A stretch of 64,000 nucleotides of DNA from assembly GCF_009914755.1 (NCBI RefSeq), contig NC_060946.1. One strand, 5' to 3'. Positions 1 through 7,061 of the stretch are shown here, in pieces. How positions within the stretch are numbered: position 1 is the stretch's first letter; each line of letters starts with the position of its first letter. A program made the position numbers and the translations under genes. The stretch comes from the human T2T-CHM13v2.0 reference genome, Homo sapiens. Below the pieces are notes generated by a model. That model worked only from the letters and a program-made list of their open reading frames with translations. It did not search any database and was not told where the DNA came from.

Positions 1-391
1 CCTGGCTTCCATGGTTCGAGCCTAGGGTGTGCCTCGGGCCGCTAGGGGTACCCCAAAGCGTGCAAAAGGCACAACAGGGGAAGGAGAGGCACATGGGGCA
101 GAGAAAAAAATCCCTGCCGCGGAGAAGCGGGGACTGCGTCCTAAACACGGACGAAAGTGTCTTCCCATCAGGCCTTGCGCTGGGCCTCAGGGACCCTGGA
201 GTCTCTGGTTCGAGCCCACAGCGCACCTCGGACCGCTAGGTGTACCCCAAGGCAGACAGAAGACCCATGAGGGGAAGGTGAGATTTGAGAAAGGAGAGGT
301 GAGGCAACTATAGCAGGAAAAAAAAAAACCGCGCCACGGAGAAGCAGGGCATGAATCCCCCACAGACGAAAGTGCCTTCCCATCAGGCCCT
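1..391. repeat. Gamma satellite (GSATII-like), ~216-bp GC-rich monomers, ~1.8 diverged copies; end of block
   Basis: cacgg-acgaaagtgtcttcccatcaggcc at ~146-174 recurs as cacag-acgaaagtgccttcccatcaggcc at ~361-389, and ccgctagg-gtaccccaa at ~39-57 recurs at ~233-250. The motifs match my recall of the gamma-satellite consensus. Confidence 0.75.
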
Positions 392-767
392 GAGGGTTTG
401 AGACAGAATGAGGAGTGACTAATGTCTACAGGGTTTTTCTCTGGTCGGGGGTGATAAGACGTTCTACAATGGATTGCGAATTAAAATTGAATGTGCACAA
501 CCACAGGTATAGTAAAAGCCACTCAATTCATGACTTTTACTGGGGGAATCTTATGTGGCGCAGTCTCATGGAGACCACGGCAGACATAGTGAGAGAGAAA
601 AAGGTGAGTAAATATCTGAAACGGAGGCAGAAACAGAGAGAATGAAAAGCCCTGTGAATGGAAGGGAGAGCGAAAAGGGAAAATGGTCCCATTGACAAAT
701 GACAGATGTGAAACTGGGGTTCACATCAACAGTGTCACTGCCAGGAAGGAGGGTCATGCTAGCCATG

Positions 768-3749
768 TCACCGGTAGTGTGGCCCGCAGGGACGCCGACC
801 TGCTGGAGCGTCGTGCCAGCATGGGCTATGGCATCCACGTGGGCCAGCAGGAGGTTCCCGCTGCACAGCTGTGGGGTGAGGATAGACTGGGTGGTGATGT
901 CGGCCATTACAGGGGCCTCTTCTGCTGGCAAGAGTGTGACAGTAGCAAGTAGATGGACAGGCCTGCGTGTGAGGACGGAATGCAGGAGGGGCTCTTGTAC
1001 GGCTGGGTGTGGGGCCCTCATGGGAACCGTGGAGAAATGGCCAGGTAACTGCGTCATGTGGGCTAGTAGATTGGCCAGGGCTTCGAACTGAAGGACGATA
1101 ACGGGGAGTAGCTGTCAGGCCCTGGGAGTGCCTGAGTGTAAGTGGAGATGGGTTTGGGGTCACTGAGGGATGCGTGGGAGCCATCCCTGTATAGGTACAG
1201 GTCATAGGGAGATAGTCTCGTGAGGCCTGTGAGTGTCTAGGGTTGTCCTGGGTGCCTGGGGCTGACTGTGGCAGAAATCTGGGGAAGGCTGGAGAGAAGC
1301 TGGGAGACCCAGGAGAGTCCCTGAAGGCAGGGGTTGAAGAGGTGAAAGAAATGGGGGAGGGTTGCAGTAAGGTCCGTGAGTTTGTAGGTGATTCCTGGGT
1401 GCGGGAAGCTGACTCCAGGTGAAATCTGGAGATGGTTGGAGAGTAGCTGAGAGAGACAGAAGAGTCCCTGAGGGCTGGGGGTGAGAACATGAGGGAGACG
1501 GGGGAGTAAGTCAGTGAAATTCGTGAGTTCGGTGGTGTATCGTGGGTGCCTGGAACTGACTCCAGCTGGAATCTAGAGAAGTTTTGAGAGTAGCTGAAGG
1601 AGACACAAGAGTCCCTGTGGGCTGAGGGCAAAGACCTGAGAGAGACCAGGGAGGACCTCAGTGAAGTCTGTGAGTCTGTAGGTGATTCCGGAGTGTGGGA
1701 GGCTGACTCCCGCTGAAATCTGGGCGTGGTGGGAGAGTAGGTGGGACAGACAGGAGAGTCCCAGGGGGCTGGGGGTGAAGACATGAGAGAGACTGGGGAG
1801 TAACTCAGTGAAATTGCTGAGTTGGTTGGTGATACCTGGGTGCCTGGAACTGACCCCAGCTAAAATATGGGCATGGTTGGAGAGTAGCTGGGACACACAG
1901 GAGAGTCCCTGAGGGCTGGGGGTGAAGACATGAGCGAGACTGGGGAGTAACTGAGTGAAACTGGTGAGTTTGGTGGTGACTCCGGGGTGCCTGGAACTGA
2001 CTCCAGCTGAAATGTGGGCGTGGTTGGAGAGTAGCTGGGACAGACAGGAGAGTCCCTGAGGACTGGTGAAGACATGAGAGAGACTGGAGAGTAATTGAGT
2101 GAAATTGGTGAGTTTGGTGGTGATTCCTGGGTGCCTGGAACTGACACCCGCTGAAGTGTGGGCGTGGTTGGAGAGTAGCTGGGACACACAGGCGAGTCCC
2201 TGAGGGTTGGAGATAAAGACGTGCTAGAGACTGAGGAGTAACTGAGTGAAATTGGTGAGTTTGGTGGTGATTCCGGGGTGCCTGGAACGGACTCCAGCTG
2301 AAATGTGGGCGTGGTTGGAGAGTAGCTGGGACAGACGGGAGAGTCCCTGAGGGATGGTGAAGACATGAGAGAGACTGGGGAGTAACGCAGTGAAATTGGT
2401 GAGTTTGGTGGTGATTTCTGGGTGCCTGCAACGGACTCCCGCTGAAGTGTGGGCGTGTTTGGAGAGTAGCTGGGACAGACAGGCGAGTCCCTGAGGGTTG
2501 GAGATAAAGACGTGCTGGAGACTGGGGAGTAACTCAGTGAAAGTGGTGGGCTTGGTGGTGATCCCAGGGTTCCTGGAACTGACCCGCGCTGAAATGTGGG
2601 CGTGGTTGGAGAGTAGCTAGGACAGACTGGAGGGTCCGTAAGGGCTGGGGGTGAAGACGTGAGAGAGACTGGCGAGGATCTCACTGAGGTCTGTGAGTTT
2701 GTAGGTGTTTCTGGGGTGTGGGGTACAGACTCCCGCTGAAATCTGGGCGTAGTTGGAGAGTAGCTGGGACAGACAGGAGAGTCATGGGTGGCTGGGGGTG
2801 AGCTGCTGGATGATGGCAGTAAGAACATATGGTACATTATTGATGAATGAGGTGACTGTGAAGAATCTCCAGAGGAGGACACGGGAGAACACAATGACAT
2901 GAGTGACTGTCCTGCTTGGTTAGGAAAGGGAAACGTAAAGTTGTGGAATTCTGTTGATGATGGATGTGAGAGTGGTGAAGCCCTGCGGGATGATGTAGAG
3001 CACTTCCACATCCCTGGTGAGGAGCTGCCCCTTGGGTCTGAGTTTCTGGGAGGGGAGAGGGAGAAGCTGGGTGAGGCAGGCATGAATCTTGAGGAGTCAG
3101 GGCTGGGGGACCGCTCATATTCTCCCGAGAGCTGTGAGTCTCTGGGGGACTCCTGGGTGCATGGGGCTGACTCCCGCAGGAACCTGGGGATGGCTGGAGA
3201 GTAACTGGGAGCCACAGGAGGGTCCCTGAGGCCTGGGGGTGAAGAGATGCAAGACACAGGGGTGGAGCAGCGTGAGGCTCGTGAGTTTGTAGGTGATTCC
3301 TGGGTGTGGGGGGCTGACTCCAGCTGAAATCTGGGGTTGTTTGGAGAGTAGCTGGGAGACACAGGAGACCCCCCGAGAGCTGGGGGTGAGCTGCTGGGTG
3401 ATGGCAGTAAGAACATGTGGTATATTATTGATGAACGTGGGGACTCTGAGGAGTCCTCAGAGGAGGACACGGCAGAGCCCAATGGCTTCATTGATTGCCC
3501 ATCACGGTAAGGACAGGGAAATGGGAGCTTGTGGGATTCTGGTGATGACAGAGGTGAGTGTGGTGAAGCCCAAGGGGATGGTGAATGGTAGTTCCGGATC
3601 CCTGGTGAGGAGCTTCCCCTTAAGCCTGAGTTTCTGAGAGGGGAGAGGGAGAAGCTGGGTGAGGCTCGCATGGACCTTGGGGTGTCCGTGCTGGGGGACC
3701 GTTCATAAGAAGAGCCAGACAAGACCCTACTGTTCTTAGGTGCAGACAT
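768..3749 (-). pseudogene. Unit 1 copy of the Ser/Pro-rich CTD-heptad-like repeat ORF, interrupted by a nonsense codon (629 aa instead of 993 aa)
   Basis: ORFs 1860..3749 and 768..1784 are in the same frame. The plus strand reads cta at 1860-1862 (TAG) where other units have ctg (CAG, Gln). The span of 2982 nt equals intact unit 8. Confidence 0.75.
1215..3720. repeat. 147/144-bp satellite array (ACRO1-type) of unit 1; an equivalent array lies under the long ORF in every unit
   Basis: ggttggagagtagctgggaca recurs at ~1875, 2022, 2166, 2313 (steps 147, 144, 147). Central monomers are near-identical and flanking monomers are diverged. Confidence 0.9.
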
Positions 3750-3810
3750 GATTAGGAAACCTGCAGCTCCCAGGGGCCCCTACTAATGTTCTAACTCGAA
3801 GAATGAAGGA

Positions 3811-3866
3811 GTGTGTGTGCGTGTGTGCGTGTGCGTGTGAGTGTGTGTTTGTGTGTGTGCGGTGTG
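3811..3866. repeat. Imperfect (TG)n microsatellite in the putative 5' leader/intron; present in every unit with variable length
   Basis: gtgtgtgtgcgtgtgtgcgtgtgcgtgtg... read directly. Confidence 0.95.
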
Positions 3867-3909
3867 AGGTATGTGCCCCTTAAGAAAATGGAAATCAAGC
3901 AACCAATGG

Positions 3910-3934
3910 GACAGACAGACAGACAGACAGACAG
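3910..3934. repeat. (GACA)n microsatellite; about 5-7 copies depending on unit
   Basis: gacagacagacagacagacagacag read directly. Confidence 0.95.
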
Positions 3935-4057
3935 AGATTCACTTGCCCAAGTGTTCTGTCCTGTCCTCTGAATCCGCTTCCAAGTCGCAAGACGCTGTGA
4001 GCTCCAAGTCCACACAGAGTCCGCCAAACGCTCCGGCCGCTGATCCGCTCCGCGAAG

Positions 4058-4129
4058 ATCTGAGTACAGGCCAGCCAGGGTGGGTTTAAATAGCCTCGGG
4101 CGCAGCCTAGCAGCGGAAAGGGCGGAGCT
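4058..4129 (-). promoter_or_regulatory. Putative Pol II core promoter of unit 1: GC box, TATA box, Inr
   Basis: On the minus strand TATTTAAA is at 4092-4085 and Inr TCA(+1)GATC has its A at 4061, 31 nt from the first T of the TATA box. GGGCGGAGC is at 4120-4128. The region is locally CpG-rich. Confidence 0.65.
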
Positions 4130-4679
4130 TCACTCCTCCTTTCCATCGGTCACCCCCAACTTTCCCAGGCTACACCTCGTAGGAAACTGTTCTCCTGCTT
4201 TGATTTCATGCGCCACCTTTGGGACAATCTAAGAACTTACAGGTTTTCTTGGCCAGATTTATTAGGAATTGTATGCACTGAAACACTGAAAACCAACTAG
4301 TGGTTCTGTGCTTCCCACGTTGTGGTTTTGACACCAGCAGCATCCTTGCCACAATCAAACCCCGGAGATCCGCAGATCTGTGTTGTAACAAGACCTCCCC
4401 CTGACCCTGATGCATGGCAGTTGAAGAAGTCTTTCCGTGTAAGCAAAAAGACTTCGAAGAAAAGGTGGAGATATGCGTAGTATAAACATTCTTTGGCTCT
4501 GGAACCACGTAGAGACTTGGGAGCCAGTTGGGTGGAGCATTCGTTGGATGAGGGTGCTCGGGTTAGGAATATCAAGGTGTGGCTCCAGATAATCCAATCA
4601 TCTAATTAAGATTCCAGTTATGCTCATCTGTTTTAAAATTCCGTTTGGGTAAATTCTTTTAGTCAGACTGAGAATGGCA

Positions 4680-5140
4680 AAGCCTCAACCCCAATTTCCA
4701 GGGAGGGTGGAGAGCCTCAGGTGGAGTTGATCACCAATAGCCGATGGTTTAACCCATCATGCCTATAGAATGAGGTCTCCATCAAAACCCATAAGGACTG
4801 GGTTCAGAGAGCTTCTGGATAACACTTCCTGGAAGGTAGCGCGCCCCTCCCCACATTCCGGGCCCCACATTTATTTCTGAACTTTGTGCAATGTCCGCAA
4901 AAATACAACGGCAAATGTAAGTGTTTCCCTGCGTGCTGTGAGCTCTTCCAGCAAATGAATGCAACTAAATCTGGGAGTGGTGGCAACCTGATTTATAGCC
5001 AGTTGCTGAGAAGCACAGGTAAAACAACGTAGGGCTTCCCATTGTTATTATTGTCGGAGGTGTGTCTGGCGGGACTCGGCCCTTTGGAATCTAATGCTAT
5101 GTCCCGGTAGATAGCGTCACCATTGAATTAGAAGACACAC
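4680..5140 (+). mobile_element. MER21-family LTR fragment; repeated in every unit
   Basis: gagttgatcaccaat...atcatgcctat...ctccatcaaaaccc...ggttcagagagcttc...gtaagtgtttccctg...gatttatagccagttg...agaagcacaggtaaaacaac...gaattagaagacac match the recalled MER21 consensus. Boundaries are approximate. Confidence 0.7.
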
Positions 5141-5309
5141 ATATGTGGAGAATAATCTTTCTGGTCATTTGCTGCATGTCTTATTTACAATATGTAATCA
5201 AATTCTTTATCCTGACTTTGTGGCACCTGGGTTGAGAACCATGATTTGAACCAAACGTTGGTCTGTCACTTTCTGAGTTTGAAACTTTATTTTGCCTTTA
5301 GCGTTTTGC

Positions 5310-5615
5310 TATTGCTTTTTCGTTTTCTTTTGTTTCGTTTCGTTTCTAAGTTCTGGGGTATATGTGCAGGATGTGCAGATTTGTTACTAAGGTAAACGTG
5401 TGCCATGGTGGTTTGCTGCACCTGTCAACCCGTCACCTAGGTATTAAGCCCAGCATGCAGTAGCTGTTTTTCTTAACGCTCTGCCTCCCGAAAGGCCCCA
5501 GTGTGTGTTGTTCCCCTTCCTGTGTCCATGGGATCTCACTTTTCAGCTCCCATTATAAGTGAGAAGGTGGCGTTTGGTTTTCTTTCCCTGGATTAGTTTG
5601 CTGACGATAATGACC
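5310..5615 (-). mobile_element. 5'-truncated L1PA 3' end (older L1PA, roughly L1PA8-13) with decayed poly(A); also at ~11470, 18069, 24390, 30993, 37596, 43913, 50221, 56830, 63438
   Basis: A T-rich tail is followed by aagttctggggtatatgtgcagg...gtgtgccatggtggtttgctgcacc...ctaggtattaagcccagcatgca...cccagtgtgtgttgttcccc...tataagtgagaa, the antisense of the L1PA 3' UTR. Confidence 0.85.
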
Positions 5616-5629
5616 ACACATCACCACTG

Positions 5630-5664
5630 TTTTTGTTTTTTAGTATAAAGAGTAGTATTTTATT
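5630..5664 (-). terminator. Putative polyadenylation signal AATAAA with downstream A-rich and GT-rich tract; also at 11819, 18418, 24739, 31342, 37945, 44262, 50570, 57179, 63787
   Basis: The minus strand reads AATAAA (5664-5659), then 17 nt, then aaaaaacaaaaac-agtggtgatgtgtggt. It lies ~1.4 kb downstream of the stop codon of the next unit's ORF. Confidence 0.45.
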
Positions 5665-6003
5665 GAATAAGATTTGCTCACAGAAAAATAAGCTTAAATC
5701 TACAATGAATGCCAGACCCTACAGCAGAAAGCAATTTTCTCACTTTTCCACACACAATGGTTCCTACTAAGTGAAAAAAAAGCCATAAAATTTCATTCAC
5801 AAATGTACTACTCTGTCTCAAAACATCTCACATAATCATGCACTGTTCTAAACCCATTAGATCAGTTCTTCAGTCAGGTTAAAGAAGTATCCCTCTAATA
5901 ACTGACTTTTATAATGCTATCAATATCCACTCCCAATCAGTCTGCCATTGTTAATGGTGTACAGCATTACTGAATACAATGGAATTGATGACGCCCATAT
6001 CCA

Positions 6004-6135
6004 CAGACAAACCGTGACTTATGATGGTTTGATTTATGATTTTTCAACGTTATGATGGGTTTATTGGAATATTAGATTCGTTTCTGAGTTACACTGGGTT
6101 TATGAGTATGCGACCCTATACTCCAGAAACAGCTG
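6004..6135. mobile_element. MER47/Tigger5-like TcMar-Tigger DNA transposon remnant; in every complete unit
   Basis: gacttatgatggtttgacttatgatttttcaac...tatgatgggtttat resembles the recalled MER47 terminal sequence and ends cagctg-ta. Confidence 0.5.
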
Positions 6136-6360
6136 TATAAGGAAAAACAGGTGTACCTAATAAAAATATGCTTAGTGACTTGGGGTAAACCAATAGATGT
6201 TCACAAGTGATGGAGAGCCGTGAAAGAGAGATAGCGGTAAATAGTTACAATAACACAATTTTCCTGCACCTGTCGAGGATTTCCCCCAAAAAACGCAGAA
6301 TGTGGGATGCACCTAAGGCATGTGAAAGAGAGAGGGCAGAAGGAGTAAGAGAGAAATAAG

Positions 6361-6465
6361 AGGAAGGAAGGAAGAAAGGAAGGAAGGAAGGAAGGAAGGA
6401 AAGAAGCAAGCTAGGACGGAAGGAAGGAAGGAAGGAAGGGAGGAAAGAAGGACGAAAGGAAGGAG
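6361..6465. repeat. (GGAA)n compound microsatellite; variable length in each unit (also ~12520, 19118, 25440, 32043, 38646, 44963, 51271, 57880)
   Basis: aggaaggaaggaag... read directly. Confidence 0.95.
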
Positions 6466-6519
6466 AAAACACCGGTGTTACTAAAACCCCACAAAAAATG
6501 GTTTCCCCCTGTGGGTAAG

Positions 6520-6855
6520 CCTACAATGTGGATGAACCTTGAAAATATTGTGCTACGTGTTATGTCAGTCATAGCAGCTCACCTATTGTGCAATTCCGTT
6601 TATAGGAAATGTCCACAATATGGAAATCTATGCATATGGGATTGATCGCACTAGGTAGTTGCTACCTAGGGCTGAGGGTCAGGGAGAGGGTTTGAGACAG
6701 AATGAGGAGTGACTAATGTCTACAGGGTTTTTCTCTGGTCGGGGGTGATAAGACGTTCTACAATGGATTGCGAATTAAAATTGAATGTGCACAACCACAG
6801 GTATACTAAAAGCCACTCAATTCATGACTTTTAATGGGGGAATCTTATGTGGCGC
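6520..6855 (+). mobile_element. Ancient L1M (L1MB/L1MC-type) 3' fragment; in every unit and truncated at the unit 1 junction
   Basis: ggatgaaccttgaaaatattgtgcta...tattgtgcaattccgtttataggaaatgtcc...tagggctgaggg...gagtgactaat...tgcacaac...tatactaaaagccact are typical old L1M 3' end motifs. Confidence 0.65.
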
Positions 6856-7061
6856 AGTCTCATGGAGACCACGGCAGACATAGTGAGAGAGAAAAAGGTG
6901 AGTAAATATCTGAAACGGAGGCAGAAACAGAGAGAATGAAAAGCCCTGTGAATGGAAGGGAGAGCGAAAAGGGAAAATGGTCCTATTTACAAATGACAGA
7001 TGTGAAACTGGGGTTCACATCAACAGTGTCACTGCCAGGAAGGAGGGTCATGCTAGCCATG

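Noticed and set aside
27-383. ORFs in the first 400 bp
   Set aside because: Chance frames in GC-rich gamma satellite.
1215-3720. CRISPR-like array of regularly spaced repeats
   Set aside because: The repeats are contiguous 147/144-bp tandem monomers without unique spacers, there are no cas genes, and the context has primate L1/LTR elements.
4206-4986. Short 60-100 aa ORFs conserved in all units (MVPEPK..., MDYLE..., MHSFAG..., MPPLPD...)
   Set aside because: Conservation only reflects near-identity of the units. They lie in or beside the MER21 remnant, mostly use non-ATG starts, and show no recognisable domain.
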